A DNA stretch of 64,000 nucleotides from assembly GCA_010093815.1 (NCBI GenBank), contig ML996577.1. One strand, 5' to 3'. The DNA is from Pseudovirgaria hyperparasitica. Its lineage: Eukaryota. Every line of letters starts with the position of its first letter. Position 1 is the stretch's first letter. A program made the position numbers and the translations under genes. Shown here in pieces: positions 1 to 11,984 of this stretch. Under the pieces are notes generated by a model. The model saw only the letters and a list, made by a program, of their open reading frames with translations. It had not been told where the DNA came from and did no database searches.

Positions 1-152
1 GCTAGGAAGCTTTTCCAAATTGCAATTGTATCACAATCTTATATGTGAATCCTATGCATGTAAGCGAGAGTGATTCATTCTTTACACTCATATGTATCTT
101 CTTCGCAGCCAGATAGCCAAATATATATCAACATTCACCACATGTGTCCTCT

Positions 153-2609
153 CTACTTGCCCCCATCCAACAACGCAGTCGCCGCCTCAATCTTCTTCAC
201 AATGATCCCCACCCACTTCTCCGCATTATCCCAATCCCCAGCCTCAATGCTCTCCACCAAGCCCGGAAACGTCGCTCCGGCATACCCGGTCCAGATCCCG
301 GGCGCAAAAACGACATGCTTGAACCAAGACCTTCCGTCGAGCCCTTCCTCGTGCAAAAACTGTCTCTCGAGCGTCTTGTATTTTGTATTCACTTTGCGGG
401 TGAGGTAGTACAGCCGGACACGCTCCCACCATTTCCACGCTGGCGGGGGGTCCTTGAGACTTTCGCCGAGGTCTGCGGCGGATTGGTCCAGTTTGACAGA
501 CGCAGAGTAGAGGGACGTCAGGACTTGCTCTATCGGCTCGAAGATGGACGCGTGCTTGGCGGGGGTGCCTTTCTGCGCAGTCTTCTTGGCGCGCTCGAGA
601 TAGCCCGAGAGTCCGGTTGCATACTCCGTTGCGTTCAGAGCTAGGACGGGCGTCTCGACGAGTTTCGCCGCGAGCAGTGCCCAGACACGTGCGATTGTGG
701 CATGGTACTGGAAGCTTGGATCGCCGAATTTCTGCATCCAGGAGAAGGAGTCGTAGTTTGAGTGGTAGTGATACACGGCGCTGTGTTCGCCTGGCTGGAA
801 GCCCATGTCGATACTGGGGATGCCGGCGAAGTCCTGGAATGCGGTGAAGTCGGAACCGCTGCCCATCGTGGCGATTTTACCATCCCAGAGATCAGCGAGG
901 GTCTGGTTCACGACGGTCTGGTTGGGTGACTGAACTTTGCTCAATGTAGAGACAAAGGCGGTGTTCAAGAGCGGCGCGGAGGCGACGTGAAGATGTGGTC
1001 CGGATGTGCCAACGTCAACATTCAGGTATGCGACAGTGGAGGTTTGGAGCCAGGGGAGGTATTCTTCGACCCATCTGAGAATTGTTAGCCTGTATATAAG
1101 ATGTTTGACAGCTTTGACACTTACTCAGTTGAGCCAATGAGCCCATATTCTTCGCCGTCCCAACTGGCGAAGACAATGGTTCTCAGTGGCTTCCATCCGG
1201 CGTCGAGTGCGGTACCAAAGCTTCTAACGACTTCATTCATAGCTGCTGAGCCACTGTTCGGATCGCCAGCTCCACCAGCAATCCATGCATCTCGGTGGTT
1301 GCCAAGCACAATAACTTCGTCAGCTATCGTTCCGTTGATTATACCTATCACGTTCCATAGAGGAGTGATCTGATAGTCTTGCTCGTTGGACAAGTTGATG
1401 ACAAGATCATCTGGCGTGGGTCCAATATTGTAGTCCACACCTTTGTAACCGAGTCCACCGCCTTGCCAAAATTTATTGAACTTAGATGCCTTGGGTCCGT
1501 AGCCATTGAGCGCCTTCAATAATGGTAGAGCTTCTTTGTACGAGATTGGAAGAGACGGGATTGAAGGGATGGCATGGTCAACAGGTTTACGCTCAGCACC
1601 GGGGAGAGAAGGGTAACCAGGTGTTGTTGGATCACCAGGGGCCATGCCTGAAGTTGTTAGATCCTGAGGTTTGCATCTTATTAGACAAATACTGACTCAA
1701 AAATTGAACACTTCCTCGCTGGACGCTACTTTCCTGTCTCGCAAGACCATGTGGGTAAGGCTTATCGCCATTCTCTTCTGTAACGCCACCGTCATCACCC
1801 GGGTCCGTATACATAATTACTCCAACCATTCCGAGCTCTTGAGCACGTTTGACTTTAAGTCCCCGAAAGACGCCTCCGTATCGAGCAAGAGCAATCTTGC
1901 CACTGAGAGTGACGTTAGCATCAACGAGGTCCTGGTAGTCGTAGACGGTGCCATAATTCACGTATACATAAGGAGCCGTAACGTTTCCTGAGGCACTATA
2001 GCCGTGAAATGTGGGAATGCGATCCTCCAAACCGCTTGTACTGTCTTCGTCAAGAACATCCTCTTCGAGCGTAGCTTCAAATTTGACTTCCCAAGAATCT
2101 TTCTTCTCAGTAGAAAGACCATGCTTCTTCTTGCTCTTTTCCAATAGAGCCAGTCTGTGTGCGACAGGGTAATTTAGGTAGCAATCATAGGATACGATCT
2201 TACTAGCTACGCCAAACTCTTCCCAGCGGTCCTTCGTCCAGACTGCTTGTGAGAGATTCTTTCCTGCCAAGTGCGGTCCAGCAGTGTAGTATTTACTCCA
2301 CTCTTTCGCCTTCTTCGGGTCGGGTATATCGATCAGGATCCCTTCAAGCTCCTCATAGCTCAATCCGCTGCTCTGAGGCCATGATTGGGGTATGTGCTTC
2401 GATGACCCTGGGAGATACGGTGAAGGCGTATATGTACCATCATCAAGATGATCGGGGAGGAAGAGACCGAGGAGAAGAGAGGCGAGAACGAGGATAGGAA
2501 CGACTGTGAGCACTAACGAGCAGAATCGACGGAGAGTGTGGTGAGAATATCGCGGTGTCGCGGGACGGATCTGGATCACCTGGATCAGTGGGGTGCGTTC
2601 GTCAGCCAT
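153..2609 (-). CDS. Glutamate carboxypeptidase II / transferrin-receptor-like M28 peptidase (N-terminal TM, PA domain, M28 domain, TfR dimerisation domain); 3 exons
   Basis: ORFs 1632-2609, 1121-1645 and 153-968 join through GT-AG introns 1648-1696 and 1075-1124. Motifs: GNHRDAW, AGDPNSGSA, FASWDGEEYGLIGSTEW, YHYHSNYDSF, FKHVVFAPG..TGYAGATFPG. Confidence 0.93.
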
Positions 2610-3547
2610 GTCGAAGATCCCATCTGCTTCAAAAGAGGCCTTTTTGCAGAGTCGGAAGACTGGAGGAGCTCGTCCTCGTCCTCGTCCCGGTCCACTAGCA
2701 CACTATCGATGTTTGGATGCGGTGCGCGGCACCAATGACGTCGGCCGCTAGCCCCACTTCCGCCCGGGCGCCCGTTTCAACCAACTAGGGGGAGTGAAGA
2801 CGGGTGAGTTGATAAGAATACCATACTAAAACAGATTTCATATTCTATATTCCATAGATCATGCACTTTACCCCACTCAAACATAAGATAGGATTCTCCC
2901 TTCATTCTCTGAGTTGCCGGCAAGGGCTGCTTACATCCCAAGCCTCAGAGCCGACATTGGTGACCATATGCGATAACGGTAGTGATTGAAATTGATTCCC
3001 CATTTCGTGGTCAGCAAGGCAACACAAGATTGTATCCACCAACAGCACAGTTTCAACGGTGATACAACCCATGTTACGCGTATAGCCAACGCCAAATGTA
3101 TTACGGAATGATTACTATGCGTTTCCTCGCTTCTTCTGCCCAATCACCCCCAGTCAAGACAAATCCTAGATGCAGCATCAAACAACCATGCCTTGCTCCT
3201 CTCGCCCAAGTCCGCTCGGTAGCAGGCTTTAGTAATCTTATTCTCCAAACGTGTTGTAGAGATAGCCCACAACGTCGTGCTTCCGGAGTATCCTGTGGTC
3301 CGATAGCTCATTTCCAAGCATTGGTAAGTGATGTGTATACATTCTTGGCTTGCTTTCGGTGGAGTCTGCTCTTGGGACTACGAAGATGAGCGGTGAGATC
3401 AACTAGAGAGAATCATTGTACTGTAGGCGGAGAAGTATTCTGTGGTGAGTTGAGGACTATAAATGCAGGATGCCCGTGGTTATGATCTGGTATCAAAAAA
3501 ACATAGCTAGCAATTATCCTCACTTTTGCGTCTATAAAGCCTTCAAG

Positions 3548-4517
3548 ATGACTATTTCCGCTCTTTGTATCGCCTTGACGGCTGTCGTTGGAATTGCCAT
3601 TGCCGATGGTATTTGCTCCCGTGCAACGAGGTTTTGAGTCTTGCTAATGAGAACCAGCCGTGCCGTTCGAAAGGCTGGATATCAACAATTCGGTGCGTCA
3701 CAATAGAATAGAGGTTTGATGCTCAACAACGAATAACCACTCTTTAGGTCCTCTTGATTGTTGATGAACAGGTTGGCCTTTACCATGTGGCCAGGGACTT
3801 TGATCCAACCTTGTTTTACAATAATATCCTCGCTCATTCAGCCATTGGAAATATCTTCGACATTCCTGTTATCATGACTACCTCTGCTCAAGAAGGTAAG
3901 TTCTCTCCTTCGCATCCAAAAGACAGGTCAACTAATACTAGTATAGGGCCGAATGGACCAGTAAGCATATACATTCAATGCCACGACAATCACTCATGTT
4001 CCCGTAGTTGCCGAGGGAGATTCTCGAGATGTATCCGAATGCTCCTCTGATACGCCGCAACGGAGAAGTGAATGCTTGGGACAACGCCGAATTTCGCGAA
4101 GCCGTCAGAGCTACCAATCGCACACAGATGATCGTTGGTGGTATCGTTACCGACGTTTGTACGTGAACTCATAACATATCCTCATGTATGCTGTTGACCC
4201 TTTTAGGTACAAGCTTTCTCTCCCTGTCCCTTCGCGCCGAAGGCTACAGCGTTTGGGCCAATGTCGAGGCTTCCGGTACAACTACTGAGCTTCTTCGTGA
4301 TACCGCCAACTTGCGAATGCATGCAGCTGGCGTTCAGCTGGTTTCGTGGTTTGCTATCGTTATGGACTTGATGCGTGATTGGCGCAATCCTCCAGGTACT
4401 GCTGGCATGCTTCCAGTGATCGAAAAGTACTTTCCAGCGTATGCATTCATTGCGAAATCCCATGGAGCTGCTGTCCAAAACGGGACAATAATTGACGGAG
4501 AGCAGCAGCTTTTGTAG
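3548..4517 (+). CDS. Secreted isochorismatase-family (YcaC-like) cysteine hydrolase; multi-exon, with a 14-nt microexon at 3947-3960
   Basis: ATG 3548 gives a signal-peptide-like MTISALCIALTAVVGIAIA. The spliced product contains LLIVDEQVGL, TTSAQEGPNGPLPRE, RRNGEVNAWD and GIVTDVCT (Cys codon split by intron 4159-4206). TATA-like tataaa near 3459. Confidence 0.85.
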
Positions 4518-4648
4518 ACAACATATGCTGTCTCTCGGACTACAGGTTTGGCCGAGGACCACGACAGGACCATCATAGTGACTTTGTCTTGCCTTACTTT
4601 CGATATGTTAAAGCACTTCGGGTTGTCGTAGTGAGCTAGGGCGTATCT

Positions 4649-6663
4649 TCAAGTCGATGTTGGGAAGAAGGGCCGCCTACGTTTTCCTTGGTCGTTACCT
4701 GAAGGTGTGTGGCTTTGCTTGGGTCGACTTCGTTTCTTATTCGTAACTGTTGACTTGAATACATGCTGCTCTGTGCTCAATACTTGTGTCTGGTGCGGAG
4801 ATCGGTCTTCTTTGACAACTTCTTTAATCGTTTGTCGAGATAAGCAAAGATCAATGTGACTATTGAAAGACTGATCGCCCGCGGGCTGTGGAAGGGAGCA
4901 TATGGGACAAGTCCAAAATTCATCTTTAGGTGACGAGGGCGGAGATGATTTTACAACCGTAGCCTTTTTTCCAGCAGCAACGCGATGCGACAATTCCCAG
5001 GCACTTTTCGGCATATGCTCCTGTTCGTGCTCTTGGCTGAGAGATTCAAGCTCGTTCATCTCATCTTGTCGTTCCTGCCGAGCTGCATCTTCAAACTCAG
5101 TGTCAGGCCATACCTCCCATGCTCCATCTTTGTCGACATTCCCATGTGCGATATTGTTCGAAGGACATGATTTCATTTTTTTCAGACCAAAGAAGTCTAT
5201 GCCAGCCTTCTTTGTGCTAATGAGATGCGTCACGCGTAATCCCATGAGTCGCAACTTCATCCCAGGAAAGTCTTTCTCGAGCTTTGCAAGCATTGGTTCT
5301 GAATACTTATACAGATCATCAGCTAGGTTCACCGCTCTTGGAGGCTGGACTTGTCGGGTAAAGACCTCATAAGTGTGCAGCTTGACCTTAAGACATAGTG
5401 TTCGTCCTCTATATTGGGTTCTCTCCAAATCTTTTTGGAGTTCTTCCGCAGTGTGGCGCAGCTTTTCTCTGAGCTCTGTCTTGTCGCCCATGTCCCGAAA
5501 CGTGCTTTCGGTTCCAACGCTCTTGCGATCGGATTCGTCAGGGGGCTGAATCGTGGTCCTCCCGAGACCCAGGTAGCATTGCATGAGAAATTGAAAGGCT
5601 TTCTCACCAAACAGTTTCGAAAGATACGCGCGGTACTCGTAAATGTCGCCTATTGTGTTTATCCCAACTTCTCGCAATTCGCGTTCGAAAACCCGACCGA
5701 TTCCGTTCACTTTCCGGGTTGGAAGGTCGCGCATAAAGTGCATTATCGTACTTCGGTCGCTCGCTACTTTGAACTGTCCATTGGGCTTATTCATATTAGA
5801 TCCAATCTTGGCCAACTTAGCATTCGGTGCAATACCAGCAGAAACCGTAATTTTAGCATGTTCATGGACCTCCGCACGGAGTTGTTCGACGGCATCCCAA
5901 GGGGTCATATCATGCTGCTGACAATATCCCGTGATATTCAGGTATGCTTCGTCGACACTGGCACTTTCAAAGTTTGGGTCGTATCTGGAAATGACCTCAC
6001 GAACCTCCTCAGCTTTAGCGGAATACTTCTCAAAGTTGAGTGGCAAGCAAATCAACTCTGGACATAATTTCATAGCAACAAAGCCAGCCATGCCACTCCG
6101 ACAACCAAACTTTCGTGCAGCATAGTTGCAAGTCGTGAGCACACCCTTGCCAACCGCAAAGGGAACGTCCTTGAGATCTGGCCTGTCCAGCTCTTCCACG
6201 GCCGCATAGAAAGCATCACAATCCAAGTGTACAATATGCTGCGACAAGTCTCGCGATAGCTCCAGTTCAGTAATATAGTCGTCTGCTCTGCGCAGGTCGG
6301 AGGTCAGGTCTAGGCGCTCGAGCTGTCGTTTTTTAGCTAATATCCTACTGATCTTGTCCGTCAACGTCTTATCTTTTGCTTCTTCATTGTTGAAAAACTT
6401 CGATCCTTTAGACGCATTGTAAATGACTTCTGATACCTGGACTTGTTAGTGTCATATCGTGCACAGGGCTGGACTGGATCTACCTTCTTCTGATCTACAG
6501 AGTCTTGACCAGCCTTGGTCAAGGATGGTCCAAGGAGGGAATACTTCAGAGAGTGATGCTGGCTTGAGCCCGGATGGGACCCATCTACTGCTGCCTGGTT
6601 GGCTGCTTCTTCGGATTTCACTTCGCGATCATGACCCTGTCCTTTAGCATGTTTGTCCGTCAT
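4649..6663 (-). CDS. DNA polymerase kappa (Y-family, DinB homologue) with C-terminal UBZ zinc finger; 2 exons
   Basis: Intron 6437-6483 joins ORFs 6361-6663 and 4649-6364. Motifs: LLGPSLTKAGQ, VHLDCDAFYAAVE, TCNYAARKFG, SVDEAYL, RKSVGTESTF, CPIC..HID.CL. Confidence 0.95.
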
Positions 6664-7362
6664 ACCGTGGTGGTCTGGAACATTTCGATATACAGACTGC
6701 TCAAGCAGAATGAAGGAATGCTGCTGTAAAGGCTTCTAGGATCCTTGAGGCTGCAGCGGAGGGTCTTGCGGGGATGCTTGGTGACGCGCTTGCAGTTTGC
6801 AGGGATCGCGTTTCGCGTGTACCAACAAGCAAGCTAAGTGACAGGATTAGAAGCCCTAGTCTCCACAAGGTTTGAATCGGATTAGTATGTAAACAGACAA
6901 GTTAGATCAAGGAGGCTTCGACTACTTCATGTTGAAAACCATATAGACACAAGCGGATACTGTTGACCAACACAAGACATTTGTCGTTCCGGGGTCTCAA
7001 CAAGTGTGAACAATATTGCCAAGACACCAGCAAGCTTCCCGCAGCACTCCTACCAAGGTGCATCCGCCGCAACGACGACGACAACACGCATATCGATACG
7101 CATGAACCCCTCCTAATACAAATTCGCCGACCATCCACTCTCTTCGCTCCATCAAGTCAGACTCAGACTCTCGTCAAGACACGCCTCAACCTCCATTGAT
7201 ACCATCTATAGCGTTTCACCGCACCCCCACTCGTTGTTGTGACGACCCATCAGACTTGCGGAGGACGATTTGACCGCCTGTGACCAGTTGAACATCGATA
7301 TGGCATGTTACCATTACGACTGTAGCGTGTTGAGTCCATGATAAGGCCCAAGAGTTGACACA

Positions 7363-9405
7363 ATGCCTCCCGAACGACAAAATAATGCCAATCCGGCGCG
7401 CCCATTGATGCCAACGCTGGCTTCATCTAGGACTGCTCGGACTCCCATCACACCACGCCTTGCTGCTGCAGCTCAGCCTACGACAGGTGGTATGCGGCGG
7501 AACGACAGATCAGACATAACTTCAGCGCCGAACACGATACTGCCGTCCTCGTCCGTAACACCAGCAAACAAGAAATCCCTCAATAGTAACATTACACCCC
7601 GTTCTTCCGACCGAAGATCACGCGCCGGTAGCACTCAGTCAACATCCAACGATGCCTCAATACACTCTCCACCGATGGCCAGTCGGCCTGTATCAGGATT
7701 CGATGGTTACAGGAGAGATACAGGGAACAGCTACACCGGCTCAAGCTTAGCAGCAGCAGCACCAGTCGGTGGTGGAAGATCTCGCAGTGTCATAGGCCCT
7801 GGCAGCGCGCAAGCCGGCAAAATGAGGAGCCGCTCGCCCCATTCCACCTTGTCTGGGATCGCTGGATCCGAGTCGGGCGCGCGAGAAGATCAGTCGATGT
7901 TCTTCCACGCCGATGAAGCAAGATCGCAACGTGCTGCGGTAGCACCCCCAGTGCCGAGTGCACCAGTACAGAAGAAGCCTACATTTTTCTACGCTGATGG
8001 AAGGAGGGAGACTGGCTTTGTGGAGCCTGTCGGGGTTCCGTCGCCTCCTTTGTCAAGTCTAGGAAGAAACAATCTTTCACCTCCGTCACAATTCTTCCTG
8101 GCAAGTGATGCTCCGGTTTGCAAGCCGAGTAGTATACATCCCGCGGCGTCTCCCCCTTCCGCTCTTCCCGAACCCAACATACAGGCTCCACAATCCAGAG
8201 CACTGGCTTTGAGATCACCTTCGCCGGAGAAAATTAACATCCATCTGTCTTATCGCAAAGGCGCATCGCAGATCATGAGACCGAACGGCCACCGACCGTC
8301 GCCCGTATCGATCCTATCAAGCGAGCATTTGACTAGACGTCGCTCGAGCACTGATTCTCCTCTTGCAAAATCTTCGCATGCAAAGACCAGTAGCTTGTCC
8401 TCGATTGATTCCATCAACTCACCTCCTCGTCTACACGAAGGCAAGGTCGAATCCACCTCACCTACAACACCACTAAGAGCTAACATAGCCAAAAATTTCA
8501 CGGAAAAAAGTACCGGTCGGCCGTCGTTGGACTCCAACTTGTCATTGCCTAGCGAGAGTCAGGTGGCGATGTCTGAGGACCATGTTTCGGGGCCCCAAAG
8601 TCCGACTGCACCGTTGCAGAGTGGAAATAGTCTGCAAAAGATGAACGAGCTTGCAGCCAATGCTAGGCGTGAGAGGAAAGTACTGGATCTTGAGATTAGC
8701 AATTCGTCCCTCCTTGCTATCAATCGACAATTAGAACGAGAAGTTCGAAAACAGAAGGCGGAACTACGACGTTATAGGCGACTAAGTCGAGCGGGTAGGT
8801 TCTCAACTAGTACCGCCCGTACCTCGTCGGGCGAGTATTTCGACATCGATGACAGCGAGAGCCTGGACATATTAAATGAAGTCGATGAGGATGCGGAAGA
8901 GGATGAGGATGAGGAACAGTCTTTGAGCGAATCATCTGCCGAAGATGAAGATTTATCGCCCGATGCTCTTGCTGAGCGCGATGCACGACATGCGTTTAAA
9001 GACGAAAAACGATTGCAGCTCGATCTGTCGAGGCATAAAGAACTTTTGGTGGACTCTCAGAAGATGAACCAAAGTCTAAAGCGTTGCCTGGGCTGGACAG
9101 AGGAGCTTATTGCTGAAGGGAGGAAAGCGCTGGAGTACAAAGTCAAGGTTTCAGACGTAAAACTTGGTGGTCGTGTGCTTCAGGCAACGGAGCATGAAAA
9201 CGACTACAACGATGATGACGAGGAAAATGATCCTACGATCGGTTCTGGTGGAGCTCTGTTGAGCCCATGGATCCCGAGTTCTGAGATGCAAGAAGATCAG
9301 ATAAATGCTTTATTGACATCCATCAACGCGGCTCGTACAGATCGAGATAGTGGTATCGAACTCGAGCTCCCCCAGACCCGAAAAGACCAACTAGAGCTAT
9401 CATAA
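7363..9405 (+). CDS. Uncharacterised conserved fungal protein; Ser/Pro-rich N-terminus, C-terminal coiled coil and acidic tract
   Basis: 680-aa uninterrupted ORF with an ordered, conserved-looking block ELAANARRERKVLDLEISNSSLLAINRQLEREVRKQKAELRRYRR and LLVDSQKMNQSLKRCLGWTEELI. Confidence 0.85.
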   Translation: MPPERQNNANPARPLMPTLASSRTARTPITPRLAAAAQPTTGGMRRNDRSDITSAPNTILPSSSVTPANKKSLNSNITPRSSDRRSRAGSTQSTSNDASIHSPPMASRPVSGFDGYRRDTGNSYTGSSLAAAAPVGGGRSRSVIGPGSAQAGKMRSRSPHSTLSGIAGSESGAREDQSMFFHADEARSQRAAVAPPVPSAPVQKKPTFFYADGRRETGFVEPVGVPSPPLSSLGRNNLSPPSQFFLASDAPVCKPSSIHPAASPPSALPEPNIQAPQSRALALRSPSPEKINIHLSYRKGASQIMRPNGHRPSPVSILSSEHLTRRRSSTDSPLAKSSHAKTSSLSSIDSINSPPRLHEGKVESTSPTTPLRANIAKNFTEKSTGRPSLDSNLSLPSESQVAMSEDHVSGPQSPTAPLQSGNSLQKMNELAANARRERKVLDLEISNSSLLAINRQLEREVRKQKAELRRYRRLSRAGRFSTSTARTSSGEYFDIDDSESLDILNEVDEDAEEDEDEEQSLSESSAEDEDLSPDALAERDARHAFKDEKRLQLDLSRHKELLVDSQKMNQSLKRCLGWTEELIAEGRKALEYKVKVSDVKLGGRVLQATEHENDYNDDDEENDPTIGSGGALLSPWIPSSEMQEDQINALLTSINAARTDRDSGIELELPQTRKDQLELS

Positions 9406-10077
9406 GCTGCTCAGTAGGCTTTTTTCCACGACAGGTCTTTAAGATCTACACCACTTCCACAGACACATCAGGTTCGCTTTCCTTTGTTAACGCAAACAGC
9501 TTGACTCTTCGGGCTTGCAGGATCCTCTGGCGTTGAGTAATGAGCTGGTAGGGGACCACGAGGAAGGCACAGCTGGACTGGAGCGATCATATTACGGGTG
9601 AACATTTTTCGAGGCATAGTTTGACTCATGGCGGAACCACTACCTTTGTTTGTTGCTTGTTGACCCTGTACAATTTGGCCGGTACATTGAACGCACCCAT
9701 ACCCCATGATACCCCCTATTCATAGTCTATCTCTTGATAGACCAGTCAAGATTATATAGCTGACGGTCTGTACATAGTCACTCTACTGTCAGAGCAATAG
9801 ACTGTATAATTTACTCAATCAGCGCTGATCGTGAAATCGGTAGATACTGGCTGGCTGATTACCATAGCGTGCGTTGGTTAATTCGCATGCCTCTACTTCC
9901 TCTGATTCAACTCTTCTGGGAACTCAGCCACCACCTGGCATCTACCAGCTGACGTCATCCGGAAGTGCTACTTAGCCACCTTGCTAGATAGATCTTCAGA
10001 AGAACATCATACGAAAGGAGCTCGCAGATCGCTTTCTCACAACAGTTCCCGTAGTAGCAGATGCACAGAATCAAAGG

Positions 10078-11625
10078 ATGGGACAGAACCTATCCGACCA
10101 CCCTCTAGCCATTCCAGATAATCGTCTTCAGATCTTAATCAACCAGATCAAAGACTACCAGATAACTCATGGCTCTCTAATAAAACTTCTGCCAGGGGTA
10201 AATAATAATGAGGAATCGCCTGTGCAGTCTGTTCCAGTCGGTGTTGCAGTATTTCCAACTCCATGGCCGCGAGAGCTGTTCGAGCGAGCTACGGAGATTC
10301 AGCAGGCCTTCAATGAGCTGTACATACGGATTTCGGAGGATCCCAAGTGGTTGGGCGATGTACTAGTAGATCTACGACGATCGGATAGTTTCACACAGAA
10401 GCTATGGAGAATATGGGAAGCTGTGAGCGAAGAGCAGAAGGGCGAGGAAGGCCGCACGAATCTAGGCATTTTCCGGAGCGACTACATGCTACATGATAGA
10501 AGGGGAGACGGACAAGAGCTCGATATCAGGCAGGTTGAATTTAATACCTTTTCCGTGGCCGGTGGTACGCACGGGAACATAGTAGGGAATATGCATCGGC
10601 ACCTTTGTCGGACTGGCGCGTTTGATGCCGAAAACACCACGGCAGGCAAGACGAACCAGTGCAAGCTCGAAAACCTTCCAATCAACGACACCATCAAGGG
10701 CATAGTCGCGGGTCTGAAAGCCGCACACGAGGCATACGGCCCAGCAAGGAGCTCAGATGTCTCAGCAACGGCAATGCTTATGGTCGTGCAACCCCACAAT
10801 ATCAATATCTGCGATGAACGTCCACTAGAATACGCACTATGGGACCAGAGTCCCTCTATACCCTGCTACCGTGTCGTCTTCAGCGACGAAGTTTTGGAGC
10901 GAACCTCTCTCACGGCCGACAAGCTTCTTCTGTACCACCCACCGCATACCGCCCAGCCCGTCGAGATCTCAGTCGTGTACTTCCGCGCCGGATATGACAT
11001 GCACGAATACACCGATGCCGGCATCAAAGCCCGATACCTACTCGACCGCAGTCGGGCTATCATATGCCCCTCGATCCTGAGTCATCTTGCGACGTTCAAG
11101 AAGGTCCAGCAAGCGCTCTGTGTGCCTGGCGCTGTGGAGCGTTTTCTGCCAGACGAGAAAGCTAGGCTTGTGAGAGCGACGTTCAGTGCTATTCTGCCTA
11201 TGGACGAGGAGTCTAGGCTGGGCCAATATGCGAGGGAGCTTACGCAGGATTCCGTGAGGGCAATCGATTACATCCTCAAGCCTTCTCTCGAAGGTGGCGG
11301 GCATAACGTGTATGGGATCGATATTGTGCCGTTCTTAGCGAAGGTGCATAAACGGAGATGGGCGCAGTACATCCTCATGGAGTGCATACGACCGCCGAAG
11401 ATAGACAATATCTTGTTGACTGGGAGAGGCGTATATCAAGGACCAGTAGTTAGTGAGTTAGGCATGTTTGGCACATGTTTGTGGATGAGTGATGTTGGCG
11501 ACGGCGTCGAGATCTTGCGAAACGAATGCGCGGGTTGGAGCTTCAAGACGAAGGCTGCGGACGTTGACGAGATGAGCGTGGTAAAAGGATATGGTTGCTT
11601 TGACTGTCCTTATCTGACTGTCTAG
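10078..11625 (+). CDS. Eukaryotic glutathione synthetase-like ATP-grasp ligase (divergent)
   Basis: 515-aa intronless ORF with FPTPWP, LGIFRSDYM, QVEFNT, VVYFRAGY, LATFKKVQQAL, LKPSLEGGGHNVYG, YILMECIRPP, VSELGMFG. Confidence 0.9.
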   Translation: MGQNLSDHPLAIPDNRLQILINQIKDYQITHGSLIKLLPGVNNNEESPVQSVPVGVAVFPTPWPRELFERATEIQQAFNELYIRISEDPKWLGDVLVDLRRSDSFTQKLWRIWEAVSEEQKGEEGRTNLGIFRSDYMLHDRRGDGQELDIRQVEFNTFSVAGGTHGNIVGNMHRHLCRTGAFDAENTTAGKTNQCKLENLPINDTIKGIVAGLKAAHEAYGPARSSDVSATAMLMVVQPHNINICDERPLEYALWDQSPSIPCYRVVFSDEVLERTSLTADKLLLYHPPHTAQPVEISVVYFRAGYDMHEYTDAGIKARYLLDRSRAIICPSILSHLATFKKVQQALCVPGAVERFLPDEKARLVRATFSAILPMDEESRLGQYARELTQDSVRAIDYILKPSLEGGGHNVYGIDIVPFLAKVHKRRWAQYILMECIRPPKIDNILLTGRGVYQGPVVSELGMFGTCLWMSDVGDGVEILRNECAGWSFKTKAADVDEMSVVKGYGCFDCPYLTV

Positions 11626-11880
11626 TTCAATCACCATCCTGAAATCTTAGTCGACGAGATCTCAAGATGCGCCGTTCGTATAGGCTATGCACAGCTATAA
11701 ATCTGCATATTGGCCCTGGAGCAGGCTATGCTTCTTCCATTGGGATCCGTAAGTATTATTTAATAATGATCTAAAGAAGCCCTCCCTCGCCCGTAGTGCA
11801 GATGCCAGTTACAAAACAAAAAAAAATAAACAAAGTGCATCGAAACGAAGGTACGCCGAAGTCGCGAAATGCAAAACATT

Positions 11881-11984
11881 GGGTCTAACCGGGATTTGAA
11901 CCCGGGGCCTGTCACATTAGAAGACTCTAAAGAATCCGGGAAAAGAAACCCGAAGCGACAATCATACCACTAGACCATTAGACC
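11881..11984 (-). tRNA. tRNA-Pro(CGG) with 32-nt intron (11917-11948)
   Basis: Minus strand reads GGTCTAA TG GTCTAGTGGTATGATT GTCGC TTCGGG [intron] T GTGAC AGGCC CCGGG TTCAAAT CCCGG TTAGACC C. Acceptor and T stems pair fully, the intron is at the canonical 37/38 position, and a T-run lies downstream (A-run at ~11818-11826 on +). Confidence 0.95.

Noticed and set aside
153..11625. Glutamate carboxypeptidase, isochorismatase and GSH-synthetase-like genes as one metabolic cluster
   Set aside because: They are interspersed with unrelated genes (pol kappa, a coiled-coil protein), and no shared regulator or transporter is visible.
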